From an uncultured Steroidobacteraceae bacterium (GTDB lineage: Bacteria > Pseudomonadota > Gammaproteobacteria > Steroidobacterales > Steroidobacteraceae): DNA of 39,797 nt. Position 1 is the first letter of the stretch; each line of letters opens with the position of its first letter. This document shows, piece after piece, positions 1 through 9,050 of this stretch. Below the pieces are notes generated by a model. The model had not been told where the DNA came from, did no database searches, and saw nothing but the letters and a program-made list of their open reading frames with translations. Both the position numbers and the translations under genes were made by a program. Where the stretch lies: contig CAZAWM010000001.1 of assembly GCA_964488605.1 (NCBI GenBank), forward strand, positions 1 through 39,797. The letters are read 5' to 3'.

Positions 1-179
1 AAATCGAGATACGCCCGGTCGCTGCGGCGGCGGGGCTGGGGCATCGGGTCGTTCATGGCGACGATTCTGTTACGGAATGCGTCTCCCGGCCAGTGCAGCC
101 ACCCTGCGGTTGCAGGCGCGGCGGGCGGGCCGTAGGCTCGCGGCCATCATCTGCATCCACCACCCTAGACGGGAGCCTC

Positions 180-887
180 ATGAACCTGCTCGAGACCGCC
201 CGCGAGACGTTCACCGATGATCGGCTCGCCGCGCTCGCCGTGACGCTCGGCGAGAGCACGAGCGGCACGCGCGACGCGTTGCAACGGGTCGCCGTACCGG
301 CCGTCCTTGCGGGCCTGCTGCGCCAGTTCGGTCGGGACGCCGTCGCCGGTGGGCGACTCGGCGAGCTGCTCAATGACGGCGGCTATGGGCCGCTGCTCTC
401 CGAACTGGACCAGCTGCTGGCAGGGGGCCTCGCCACAGAAGCGCTGATGCGGCGCGGGGAAGGCCTGGAGCAGCTGCTGTTCGGCGGCCGCTCCGACGCG
501 ATCGCCGATCTGATTGTGCGTACGGCTGGACTGCGTCCCGAATCGGCTCGCCGCCTGCTCCGTTTCGTCACGCCGATCGTGCTGGCGGTGCTGGCGCGAT
601 CTGCGGACCCGGCTGAAGGAGCTGCGCTCGCCGCCTCGCTGCGCGACCTGTCCGAACCGCTCGCCGGCTCTGCTCCGCCCGAACTCGCCGCCGCGCTCGG
701 CATCAGTGCCTACGAGCCTCTCGACCTGCCACCGCCGCGCAAACCCGCACTCTGGCCCTGGCTACTCGTGCCGGCCGTGACGCTCGCGCTGTTCTTCACG
801 CTGCGCTGGATCCAGCAGATCTCGATGACGCCCCCGGACACGCCCGCTGCCGTCAGCGCGCCGTCGGTCGTCAGACCGGCGCAGTGA
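180..887 (+). CDS. DUF937-like protein with a C-terminal transmembrane anchor
   Basis: ORF 93..887 trimmed to the ATG at 180, which is preceded by GGGAG. The N-terminus MNLLETARETF...LGES...ALQRVAVPAVLAGLL resembles the DUF937 pattern. A hydrophobic segment LWPWLLVPAVTLALFFTL lies near the C-terminus. Third-codon-position G+C (GC3) is high. Confidence 0.55.
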   Translation: MNLLETARETFTDDRLAALAVTLGESTSGTRDALQRVAVPAVLAGLLRQFGRDAVAGGRLGELLNDGGYGPLLSELDQLLAGGLATEALMRRGEGLEQLLFGGRSDAIADLIVRTAGLRPESARRLLRFVTPIVLAVLARSADPAEGAALAASLRDLSEPLAGSAPPELAAALGISAYEPLDLPPPRKPALWPWLLVPAVTLALFFTLRWIQQISMTPPDTPAAVSAPSVVRPAQ

Positions 888-2046
888 CCGGATTGTAGGC
901 GAACAGCCCGATTCCCTCGTCGGCGGCGCGGTTACCGGCGCGTTCGCGATAGGTGTCGGCGTCCGGCGCGTGGAACTGCTTGCCCGCCTTGCGCGACTCG
1001 CGCACGACGAACGCGGCGCGCTCGATGCGCGCGGCCTCGTAGCGCTGCAGGGCCTCCTCGATCGTCGCCGAGCCGGCGACGGCGCGTGCCAGCACCACGC
1101 CGTCCTCGATCGCGAGCACGGCGCCGTGCCCGAGGAACGGCAGCACCGGATGGGAGGCGTCGCCGAGCAGCGTGACGCGACCCTTGGTCCAGGAGGCAAG
1201 CGGCTCGCGATCGAACAGCCCCCATTTGAAGAGCTGGTTCGGCGGCACCTGTTCCATGAAACGCAGCACCCACGGCGTCCATCCGACGAACTCGGCGAGC
1301 AGCTCCTCGACCGTCGAGCGGATGGACCAGCCCTCCTCGGTCCAGGCCTCGCGCTCGGCGAAAGCGACGAAATTCAATAGCTGGCCGTTGCGCACCGGAT
1401 AGCGGTTCACGAGATGACCGTTGCCGAGGAAGATCCCCGACGGCGGCTGCAGGATCTCCTGCGGCACCCGCTCCATCGGCACGAGTCCGCGCCAGGCAAT
1501 GTAGCCGGTGTACTGAGGCTCCAGCGGGCCGAACAGCTGCGAGCGCACCACGGATCGGGAGCCGTCCGCGCCGACCAGCATGTCGAACAGGTAGCTCGAA
1601 CCGTCGTCGAAGCGTACGCGGACTCCGCCCTGACCCTGATGGACCTCGCGGCAGCGCTTGTTCAGGTGGATCTCGGCACCGCTCTGCGCACGCACCGCCG
1701 CACTGAGAGCGTCGTGCAGGTCGGCGCGGTGAATCAGGTAGTAGCGCTCGCCGTACTTTTCGATAAGGCTGCGGCCGCGGTTGATCCACACCAGCGGTCG
1801 GGCATCCTTGTAATGCCTCACGCACTGGTCCTCGGGCTTGTACGCCCTGGCCTCCAGCGTCTCGTGCAGGCCGAGATGGTTCAGACCGTGCACGGCCGTC
1901 GGTGACAGCGAGAGGCCGGCGCCGACCTCGGCGAGCTGCGGAGCCTGCTCGAGCACCGTGACCCGGTGGCCTTCCCGGAGCAGCGCCAGCGCCGCCGTCA
2001 GTCCGCCGATACCGGCACCGACGATGCCAATGTTGAGATTCCGCAT
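871..2046 (-). CDS. FAD-dependent aromatic-ring monooxygenase (salicylate / 3-hydroxybenzoate hydroxylase-like)
   Basis: 391 aa. Carries the GxGxxG dinucleotide fold IGIVGAGIGGLTAALAL, the GADGSRSVVR motif and the LLGDASHPVLPFLGHGAVLAIEDG motif typical of class A flavoprotein monooxygenases. Its 3' end overlaps the convergent DUF937 gene by 17 nt. Confidence 0.8.
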   Translation of the reverse strand: MRNLNIGIVGAGIGGLTAALALLREGHRVTVLEQAPQLAEVGAGLSLSPTAVHGLNHLGLHETLEARAYKPEDQCVRHYKDARPLVWINRGRSLIEKYGERYYLIHRADLHDALSAAVRAQSGAEIHLNKRCREVHQGQGGVRVRFDDGSSYLFDMLVGADGSRSVVRSQLFGPLEPQYTGYIAWRGLVPMERVPQEILQPPSGIFLGNGHLVNRYPVRNGQLLNFVAFAEREAWTEEGWSIRSTVEELLAEFVGWTPWVLRFMEQVPPNQLFKWGLFDREPLASWTKGRVTLLGDASHPVLPFLGHGAVLAIEDGVVLARAVAGSATIEEALQRYEAARIERAAFVVRESRKAGKQFHAPDADTYRERAGNRAADEGIGLFAYNPVTAPV

Positions 2047-2161
2047 TCTGGAACGAGACCCGCGTGCCCCTGGCGCGTTTCGGCCTATTCACGCCGATCC
2101 TTCCGCGACGGCAAAGCTGCGCGGGCCCACCGGACCGGAGAGCGGACACCGGCCGTAGCGT

Positions 2162-2202
2162 GGTCGCGAGGTAAGATAGCGACTCCTTACCGCTTCGCGA
2201 CC
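2162..2202. promoter_or_regulatory. Imperfect 41-nt hairpin in the divergent monooxygenase/rimO intergenic region
   Basis: Outer stem GGTCGCG (2162-2168) pairs with CGCGACC (2196-2202). Inner stem GGTAAG (2170-2175) pairs with CTTACC (2186-2191) around a 10-nt loop. No flanking T-run on either strand. Confidence 0.35.
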
Positions 2203-2242
2203 GAAGCGCCGCAGCCACTGCACCCGGAGCACCCTCGCGAAG

Positions 2243-3565
2243 ATGTCGCCGCGCCAGCCCAAAGTCGGATTCGTGAGCCTCGGTTGCCCCAAGGCGCTGG
2301 TCGATTCGGAGCGGATCATCACTCGACTGCGCGCCGAGGGTTACGAGGTGGCACCCAGCTACGCCTCTGCCGACCTCGTCGTCGTCAATACCTGCGGCTT
2401 CATCGATACGGCGGTCGACGAATCGCTCGACGCGATCGGCGAGGCGCTCGAGCAGAACGGCCGTGTCATCGTCACCGGCTGCCTCGGCGCGCGCCCGCAA
2501 CGGATCCTCGAGCGCCATCCGCGCGTGCTCAAGGTCACGGGCCCGCACGCCTACGAGGACGTGATCGGGGCCGTGCACGAACACCTGCCGCCGAAGCACG
2601 ATCCGTTCGTCGATCTCGTGCCGCCCCAGGGCATACGCCTGACGCCGCGCCACTACGCCTATCTGAAGATCTCCGAAGGCTGCAACAACAAGTGCAGCTT
2701 CTGCATCATTCCCTCGATGCGCGGCCTGCTAACGAGCCGGCCGATCGACGAGGTGCTGCGCGAAGCGGAGAAACTCGTGTGCGCCGGCGTGCGGGAGCTG
2801 CTCGTGATTTCGCAGGATACCAGTGCCTACGGCGCTGACCTGCGCTATCGCCGCGCGCGCTGGCGCGAACGCGAGTACGAGACGCGCTTCCTCGAACTCG
2901 CGAGCGGTCTCGGCGAACTCGGCGTCTGGGTGCGCCTGCACTACGTCTACCCGTATCCGCACGTCGACGACGTGATCCCGCTGATGGCCGAGCGGCGCGT
3001 GCTGCCGTATCTCGATGTTCCATTCCAGCACGGCAGCCCGGCGGTGCTGAAGCGTATGCGCCGTCCCGCGCATGCCGAGAACACGCTGGCGCGAATCCGT
3101 CGCTGGCGCGAAATCTGCCCTGACCTCGTGATCCGGAGCTCTTTCATCGTCGGCTTCCCGGGCGAGACGGAGGCCGAGTTCGGCGAGCTGCTCGACTGGC
3201 TCGAGGAGGCGCAGCTGGATCGGGTTGGCGCTTTCACCTATTCGCCCGTCGAGGGGGCAGCGGCCAACGACCTCGCGCCGCACGTGCCGGCTGAGGTGCA
3301 GCAGGAGCGCCACACGCGCTTCATGCAGAAAGCTGGCGAAATCAGCGCCGCAAGGCTTGCCGCGAAGATCGGAAGTCGCATGCGCGTACTCGTCGATGCC
3401 GTGGACGGCCGCACGGCCATCGCCCGCAGCGAGGGCGACGCGCCAGAAATCGACGGTGTGGTGCGCGTGCAGGACGGCGCGAACCTCGCGGTGGGCGAAT
3501 TCGCCGAGGTCGAGATCACCGCCTCGAGCGACTACGATCTGGAAGCGCGCGTCGCGGACCGATGA
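2243..3565 (+). CDS. rimO: Ribosomal protein S12 methylthiotransferase RimO
   Basis: 440 aa. N-terminal MTTase domain ([16 protein letters not shown]), radical-SAM cluster [11 protein letters not shown], and a C-terminal TRAM-like domain. Confidence 0.93.
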   Translation: MSPRQPKVGFVSLGCPKALVDSERIITRLRAEGYEVAPSYASADLVVVNTCGFIDTAVDESLDAIGEALEQNGRVIVTGCLGARPQRILERHPRVLKVTGPHAYEDVIGAVHEHLPPKHDPFVDLVPPQGIRLTPRHYAYLKISEGCNNKCSFCIIPSMRGLLTSRPIDEVLREAEKLVCAGVRELLVISQDTSAYGADLRYRRARWREREYETRFLELASGLGELGVWVRLHYVYPYPHVDDVIPLMAERRVLPYLDVPFQHGSPAVLKRMRRPAHAENTLARIRRWREICPDLVIRSSFIVGFPGETEAEFGELLDWLEEAQLDRVGAFTYSPVEGAAANDLAPHVPAEVQQERHTRFMQKAGEISAARLAAKIGSRMRVLVDAVDGRTAIARSEGDAPEIDGVVRVQDGANLAVGEFAEVEITASSDYDLEARVADR

Positions 3566-3612
3566 AGACCCGCGGCGCGCCGAATGCTTGCGTCGACCGC
3601 TTAGCGAATCTC

Positions 3613-4200
3613 TTAGCCGCTGGTCATGCCGAGCGTCGTCATGATCTCGGCGCCTTTCGCCTTGACGTCGTTGGCAATCGACACGGCATCGAGGACGTTC
3701 CCCGACGCGAACGCATCGCTGGCTCGGGTCCAGGAATTCTTCATGTCGGCGAGGCCCGCCTTCGCCGCGTCGAAGCGTGCCTGATCGAGCCCGGCCGGCA
3801 GGCGGCGCGACTTGCTGAGGATATTCACCCGACTCTCGATCGCGCTGACCATGTTCGGCAGATCGGCCGCAAGCGTCGACCATTCGCCGCTGGCCCGCTC
3901 GATCGCCGACTGCAAGGCGGCGTCGGCAGCGCTCTTGAGCTCGGAAACGTCCGTGACCAGTTTCGGGGCTGCGGCCAGCACGGCTTTGTAGTCGCCCTTG
4001 CCGAGACTGTCCTTCAGGCCAGCGAGCGCGCTCTCGACGCTCTGCAGCTGATCGGGCGCCCAGCGGGCAGCCTGATCACGGACGGCAGCAAGCGCCGCTT
4101 CGGCATCGGCGACGGCTCTTGTCGCGGGCTCCTTCTGGCTGGCACAGCCGACCGCGAGCACGGCGATGGCGAGGATCGGCAGAATCGATTTGCGAATCAT
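3613..4200 (-). CDS. Predicted helical lipoprotein, function unknown
   Basis: 195 aa. Signal peptide plus lipobox MIRKSILPILAIAVLAVGC, followed by an Ala/Leu/Asp-rich, presumably alpha-helical body. Lies 33 nt downstream of the LysM gene on the same strand. Confidence 0.7.
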   Translation of the reverse strand: MIRKSILPILAIAVLAVGCASQKEPATRAVADAEAALAAVRDQAARWAPDQLQSVESALAGLKDSLGKGDYKAVLAAAPKLVTDVSELKSAADAALQSAIERASGEWSTLAADLPNMVSAIESRVNILSKSRRLPAGLDQARFDAAKAGLADMKNSWTRASDAFASGNVLDAVSIANDVKAKGAEIMTTLGMTSG

Positions 4201-4233
4201 GGGATGGCTCCTTAATCGTCAGTTGGCCCGGTG

Positions 4234-4443
4234 TCAGGGTATGCGCAGGCGCTGCCCGGGCTTAATCTTGTTCGGGTCCTTGAGAATGTCGCGGTTAGCC
4301 TCGAAGATTTGCGGATACAGCATCTTGTCACCGTAGAAACGCTCCGCAATCTTGGAGAGCGTGTCGCCACTCTTGACTTCGTAAAACTGCTGGTAAGGGT
4401 TTTCGGCTGCGCCGGCAGTCTTGTTCTGCTCGCCTGTCGTCAT
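4234..4443 (-). CDS. Small LysM-domain protein without a signal peptide
   Basis: The track ORF 4234..4458 starts at a TTG. I trimmed it to the ATG at 4443, which has a GGAG 9 nt upstream. The LysM core is [19 protein letters not shown]...[28 protein letters not shown]+C is noticeably lower than in neighbouring genes. Confidence 0.75.
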   Translation of the reverse strand: MTTGEQNKTAGAAENPYQQFYEVKSGDTLSKIAERFYGDKMLYPQIFEANRDILKDPNKIKPGQRLRIP

Positions 4444-4683
4444 ACGGGAGTGCTCCAAAAACGGACCTCGCCGCAGCAGCGCGGCATGGGGAGTCTAACG
4501 GATGTGCCGGCGGACGAGAATCAGCCCGCAACGCCAACCGGCCGCGTTCAGCAGCCGTTCAGGTAATCTCGGTGCATCCCGCTTTTTCCAGGTGTCACGG
4601 CAACGTCACACCCGCCGCGTACCGGGTTGACGGCGGCGAACGGACCCGGAGCCTGGCCAAGCCGAGCGCGCTACTGCGGCGCG

Positions 4684-6519
4684 TTACTCGACCGTCACGC
4701 TCTTGGCCAGATTACGCGGCTGATCGACGTCGGTGCCCTTGAGCACCGCAACGTGGTAGGCGAGCAGCTGCAGCGGCACGGTGTAGACGGCCGGCGCCTG
4801 GAAGTAACTGACGTGGCGCGGCATCGTGATCACGGTGACGCCTTCCGAGGACTCGAAGCCTGACTCCGGGTCGGCGAATACGATCAGCTCGCCCCCACGG
4901 GCACGCACTTCCATTAGATTCGACTTGAGCTTCTCGAGCAGATCGTTGTTGGGCGCGACCACGATGACCGGCATGTCGGCGTCGATCAACGCCAGCGGTC
5001 CATGCTTGAGCTCGCCGGCGGCATAGGCCTCGGCATGGATGTAGGAGATCTCCTTGAGCTTGAGCGCCCCCTCCATCGCGATCGGGTGCATGGCGCCGCG
5101 GCCGAGGAACAGCGTGTGATGCTTCTCGGCGAGACGCCGCGCGAGCGCCTGTATCTGTGAATCTAGCGAAAGGGTCTGCTCGATGAGCGCCGGAATCTCG
5201 ATCAGGCGCTGCACGAGGCCACGCTCGCGCTCACTGTCGGCGCCGTGATGCTTGGCAATCGCGATCATGAGCATCGCGAGCGCGACGAGCTGAGTCGTGA
5301 AGGCCTTGGTGGAGGCTACTCCGATCTCGGGACCGGCGCGTGTCAGCATCACGAGCTCCGACTCGCGCACGAGCGAACTCTCCGGCACGTTGCAGATGGC
5401 AAGCGACGACAGGTAGCCGGCCTGCTTGGCAAGGCGCAGCGCCGCGAGCGTGTCGGCAGTCTCGCCGGACTGCGAGATGGTCACGAACAGCGAGTTCTTC
5501 GGCACGACCGGGTTGCGGTAGCGATATTCGCTTGCGATCTCGACGGTGCAGGGGATCTTGCAGATCTGCTCGATCATGTAGCGGGCCACTGCGCCGGCGT
5601 GATAGCTGGTACCGCAGGCGACGATGTGTGCCTGCTCAATACGCCTGAAGATCTCGGCGGCCGCCGGGCCGAAAGCCTGCTCGAGCAGGCGACCGTTGGC
5701 GACACGTTCCTGCATTGTGTTGGCGATCGCACGCGGCTGCTCGTGGATCTCCTTGAGCATGAAGTGCCGGTATTGGCCCTTCTCGGCCGCATCGGCCGAC
5801 AGCTCGCTCTCGCGCACCGGGCGCTCGACCGTATTGCCCTCGCGGTCGATGACACGAACCTTATTGCGACGCACCTCGGCGACGTCGCCCTCCTCCAGGA
5901 ACATGAAGCGCCGCGTGACGGGCAGCAGCGCGGCAACATCCGAGGCGACGAAGTTCTCATCGACCCCGAATCCGACGACGACCGGACAGCCTTCGCGCGC
6001 GAGGACGATCCGCGACGGATCCTTCTCGCTGATCACGGCGAGCGCATAGGCGCCCTCGAGTTCGGCAACCGTGGCGCGCACGGCCTTGAAAAGGTCACCC
6101 ATGGTCTGCATGTGGTGATGAATGCGGTGCGCGATCACCTCGGTGTCCGTCTCCGAGGAGAAGACGTAACCCTGGCGAGCGAGTTCGGCGCGCAGCTCCT
6201 CGTGGTTCTCGATGATGCCGTTGTGGACGATCGCGAGACCATCCTCGGAAATGTGCGGATGCGCATTGCGCTCCGAGGGCATGCCGTGCGTGGCCCAGCG
6301 AGTGTGCGCGATGCCGATCGTGCCGTGGGCCGGTGACTGGTCGAGCGCTTCCTGCAGCGCGTGAACCTTGCCGACGGTCCGCACGCGCCGGAGCTGTCTG
6401 CCCCCGTTGAGGACGGCAAGCCCGGCCGAATCATAGCCGCGGTACTCGAGCCGGCGCAGACCTTCCATGAGTATGGGGACAATGTTGCGCTCGGCGACCG
6501 CACCGACGATTCCACACAT
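4684..6519 (-). CDS. glmS: Glutamine--fructose-6-phosphate aminotransferase GlmS
   Basis: Track ORF trimmed to MCGIVGAV (Ntn catalytic Cys2), giving 611 aa. Contains two SIS domains and the hallmark C-terminus AKSVTVE. Confidence 0.96.
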   Translation of the reverse strand: MCGIVGAVAERNIVPILMEGLRRLEYRGYDSAGLAVLNGGRQLRRVRTVGKVHALQEALDQSPAHGTIGIAHTRWATHGMPSERNAHPHISEDGLAIVHNGIIENHEELRAELARQGYVFSSETDTEVIAHRIHHHMQTMGDLFKAVRATVAELEGAYALAVISEKDPSRIVLAREGCPVVVGFGVDENFVASDVAALLPVTRRFMFLEEGDVAEVRRNKVRVIDREGNTVERPVRESELSADAAEKGQYRHFMLKEIHEQPRAIANTMQERVANGRLLEQAFGPAAAEIFRRIEQAHIVACGTSYHAGAVARYMIEQICKIPCTVEIASEYRYRNPVVPKNSLFVTISQSGETADTLAALRLAKQAGYLSSLAICNVPESSLVRESELVMLTRAGPEIGVASTKAFTTQLVALAMLMIAIAKHHGADSERERGLVQRLIEIPALIEQTLSLDSQIQALARRLAEKHHTLFLGRGAMHPIAMEGALKLKEISYIHAEAYAAGELKHGPLALIDADMPVIVVAPNNDLLEKLKSNLMEVRARGGELIVFADPESGFESSEGVTVITMPRHVSYFQAPAVYTVPLQLLAYHVAVLKGTDVDQPRNLAKSVTVE

Positions 6520-6589
6520 ATCAGGGCCTGCTGTAGGCTTTCGAGGGGGCGTAGTTTGCCAGAGACCGCCAGCCGGCCCCGTGTTTGAC

Positions 6590-6617
6590 TTAACAGATCC
6601 TGATGGCAGTCTAAAAT
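6590..6617 (+). promoter_or_regulatory. Candidate sigma70 promoter for the DUF1838-like gene
   Basis: TTAACA (6590-6595), a 16-nt spacer, then TAAAAT (6612-6617). It sits in the only AT-richer patch of the glmS / DUF1838 divergent region. Confidence 0.35.
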
Positions 6618-6674
6618 CGGCCTGCCGGGAGCAAGTAAGTGACTGTTGCAAATAGTTTTCTCGAGAAAGTCAGG

Positions 6675-7505
6675 GTGGCCGTGAGGAGCCGGCCCCGGCA
6701 CACCGGCCCGCGCCCGCGAGCGCCATGGTCGGCCCTCGCGATGGGTCTCGCGGGCCTCGTCGCGCTGCCGCTGCCCGCCGCCACACGCGGCTTCGATCGC
6801 GAACTGTTCGAGCGCTGGGTCGAGATGCGGGTCGGCAGCGGCGCGCCCGTCTACTGGTATTGCATCGGCACCGTCTATCAATGGCCCGAAGGTCGGCCGC
6901 TGATGCGCGTCGAGGGGATCGACACGGCACGGCTAGACCGCAGCCTCAGCACCCCGACCGTGGCGCACCAACTGTCCCGCAAGACTTTCGTCTACCGCGA
7001 TCTCGAGACGAACGCGATCCTGACGAGCTGGCAGGGTCAGCCGCTGCCGCCCATCGAGTATCCGTACCAATACATCACTTACGCGCTCGAGGGCGACGGA
7101 CTGACAACCTGGGTCGAGCAGGGTTCCGGTGCTCGTGTACAGCGAATCGGGCCTGGGCGGGACATCGTCGTGCGTCGTTTCGGCAATACGCTCGCGTACA
7201 CGGCGCCGCTGTTCCTCGACTTCCCGGGACCTGGCGGCACGCGCGTGCAGGCTTTCGAGAACTACGACTTCCTCGTGCAGCCTGCCGATTCGGCAGTCCG
7301 TCATCCCTATCAGATCAGCTGGCTGCGCTACGGCGATCTGCCGGCCAACATCGGCAAGGCGGTGATGCACATGGTGGCCTGGCGGCTCGATCGTTACGAG
7401 GACCTGCCGGAGTCGATCCGCGGCTATCTCGACCGCGACGCGCGCTTGTGGCGTGAGCCGCCGCGCGATCTCGCCGAGATCCGACAACTGCAGCAGGCGC
7501 GCTGA
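6675..7505 (+). CDS. DUF1838-like exported protein
   Basis: The track ORF starts at a GTG at 6639, but its first ~12 codons have low GC3. The likely start is the GTG at 6675 or 6681, or the ATG at 6741. The Arg-rich N-region plus hydrophobic WSALAMGLAGLVALPLPAA looks like a signal peptide. The body (PLMRVEGIDTARL...SRKTFVYRDLETNAILTSW) resembles the DUF1838 family from memory. It is on the opposite strand to glmU and glmS. Confidence 0.6.
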   Translation: MAVRSRPRHTGPRPRAPWSALAMGLAGLVALPLPAATRGFDRELFERWVEMRVGSGAPVYWYCIGTVYQWPEGRPLMRVEGIDTARLDRSLSTPTVAHQLSRKTFVYRDLETNAILTSWQGQPLPPIEYPYQYITYALEGDGLTTWVEQGSGARVQRIGPGRDIVVRRFGNTLAYTAPLFLDFPGPGGTRVQAFENYDFLVQPADSAVRHPYQISWLRYGDLPANIGKAVMHMVAWRLDRYEDLPESIRGYLDRDARLWREPPRDLAEIRQLQQAR

Positions 7506-7562
7506 GCGGGTCCCGCGCTGGCGCGCCCGGCGCCGCAGCTGGCGCGATTGGGCGATCGGTCC

Positions 7563-8963
7563 TTAGGCTGGTCGCCGCCTGGTCGGCCGCGTCCAGTGCT
7601 CGACCGTGACCTGCTTGGCGCGGGCGACCGTGAGCTTGCCGGGCGGTACCTCGCGCGTGACGGTTGACCCCGCGCCGACGGTGGCACCGGCGCCGACGAC
7701 GATCGGTGCGACGAGCACCGAGTTCGATCCGGTGTGCACGTCGTCGCCAATCACGGTGCGGTGCTTGTTGGCGCCGTCGTAGTTGGCGACGATCGTCCCG
7801 GCACCGATGTTGACGCGCGCACCGACCGTTGCGTCGCCGACGTAGGCGAGGTGATTCGCCTTAGCGCCGTCCGCCAGTTGCGAGTTCTTGACCTCGACGA
7901 AATTCCCGATGTGCACATCGTTCCCGAGCGCATTGACCGGTCGCATCCGCGCGAACGGGCCGATCGAGCATCGCTCGCCGATCGTCGCTTGCTCGAGCAC
8001 GCACAAAGGATGAACTACCGTGTCGGCGCCAACCTCGACATCGCGCAGCACGCAGCTGGCGCCGATGCGCACACGGTCGCCGAGCCGGACCTTTCCCTCC
8101 AATATCACGTTGACGTCGATCGTCACGTCGCGTCCGACTTCGACGCTTCCGCGTATGTCGATGCGCGCAGGATCGATTAGCGTCGCGCCATCGGTCATCA
8201 ATGCCGCCGCGCGCAAACGTCGCAGCTCCGCCTCGGCTGCCGCGAGCTGCGACCGGTCGTTGATTCCGAGCACCTCGGCGACGGTCGGCGCCGTCACCGT
8301 GCGTATGGGCACCCTTTCCGCTGCCGCCATCGCGATCACGTCGGTCAGGTAGTACTCGCGCTGCGCGTTGTCGTTGCGCAGCTGACCGAGCCAGCGCGAC
8401 AGCAGCGCCGCGGGCGCGGCCAGCACTCCGGTGTTGCACTCGCGGATCGCGAGCTGCTCCCTTGTCGCATCCCGCTGCTCGACGATGCGGCGTACGCGAC
8501 CCTTAGCGTCGCGAACGACGCGTCCGTAGCCGCGCGGATCCGGCAGGTTGACCGTGAGTAGGGCCAGCGTCGGGCGCGCGACAGAGTTGGCGAGCGCGAC
8601 GAGTTCGCGCAGCGTGTCCGCTCGAATCAGCGGTACGTCGCCGCAGAGCACGAGCACCAGGTGCGAACGATCGACCCCGGCCATCGCACAGCCGACCGCG
8701 TGACCCGTGCCAAGCTGCTCGGCCTGGTGCGCCCAGGCCAGCGGCCGGTCGCCGCGGCTCTCGTGCGCGAGTGCCTCGCGGACCGCGTCGCCGCCATGGC
8801 CGTAGACGACATGAATCGCGGCCGCATCGAGTGCGCGCGCCGCATCGACCACGTACTGCAGCATGGGTCGGCCAGCGAGCGGCTGCAGAACCTTGGGCAG
8901 GTCCGACTTCATGCGCTTGCCCTGGCCGGCGGCCAGGATCACGACCGTGAGCGGTGATTTCAT
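7563..8963 (-). CDS. glmU: Bifunctional UDP-N-acetylglucosamine pyrophosphorylase / GlcN-1-P acetyltransferase GlmU
   Basis: Trimmed to MKSPLTVVILAAGQGKRMKS, giving 466 aa. Has an N-terminal nucleotidyltransferase fold and C-terminal left-handed beta-helix hexapeptide repeats. Confidence 0.95.
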   Translation of the reverse strand: MKSPLTVVILAAGQGKRMKSDLPKVLQPLAGRPMLQYVVDAARALDAAAIHVVYGHGGDAVREALAHESRGDRPLAWAHQAEQLGTGHAVGCAMAGVDRSHLVLVLCGDVPLIRADTLRELVALANSVARPTLALLTVNLPDPRGYGRVVRDAKGRVRRIVEQRDATREQLAIRECNTGVLAAPAALLSRWLGQLRNDNAQREYYLTDVIAMAAAERVPIRTVTAPTVAEVLGINDRSQLAAAEAELRRLRAAALMTDGATLIDPARIDIRGSVEVGRDVTIDVNVILEGKVRLGDRVRIGASCVLRDVEVGADTVVHPLCVLEQATIGERCSIGPFARMRPVNALGNDVHIGNFVEVKNSQLADGAKANHLAYVGDATVGARVNIGAGTIVANYDGANKHRTVIGDDVHTGSNSVLVAPIVVGAGATVGAGSTVTREVPPGKLTVARAKQVTVEHWTRPTRRRPA

Positions 8964-9050
8964 GCTGACTCGCGAAAGTGCTGGAGTGGGGTTATTCAAT
9001 CCGCGCCGAAGCGCCCCGGCAAGTGCTGGCATCGAGAATGCGATGCGGGC

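Noticed and set aside
1-56. Possible minus-strand gene start (ATG at 54-56, MNDPMPQPRRRSDRAYLD...) running off the left edge.
   Set aside because: Only 18 codons are visible, there is no Shine-Dalgarno and no recognisable motif, so it cannot be supported.
4457-4485. GCCGC-AGCAGC-GCGGC hairpin with a T5 run (minus strand) just upstream of the LysM gene RBS, considered as a glmS terminator or attenuator.
   Set aside because: The stem is only 5 bp and the T-run is separated from it by 8 nt. That does not fit an intrinsic terminator.
4493-4510. Sigma54-like element on the minus strand (CGGCAC-N5-TTAGA) upstream of the LysM gene.
   Set aside because: The -12 element lacks the conserved GC of TTGC and the -24 TGG is imperfect. 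This is no better than chance in a GC-rich sequence.
4684-6640. glmS ribozyme or GlmY/GlmZ-type control of glmS.
   Set aside because: The glmS ribozyme is a feature of Gram-positive 5' leaders, and the short leader here shows no comparable structure. sRNA control cannot be judged from this window.
6520-6651. N-terminal extensions of the track ORFs for glmS. The same issue affects glmU (8964..9032), parB (19923..20195), rsmG (22251..22688), the AcuI-like gene, the ICL-family lyase (26944..27594), the DUF360 gene (38399..38746) and atpD/atpB/atpC.
   Set aside because: Canonical N-termini (MCGIVG, MKSPLTVVILAAG, MSQKKPSLGRG and so on) with Shine-Dalgarno sequences lie downstream. The extensions have wrong-context composition or overlap neighbouring genes.
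7506-7562. Bidirectional terminator between the convergent DUF1838-like gene and glmU.
   Set aside because: Only weak GC stems are present (GCGCC-GCAGCT-GGCGC), with no flanking T/A runs, so I do not call a terminator.
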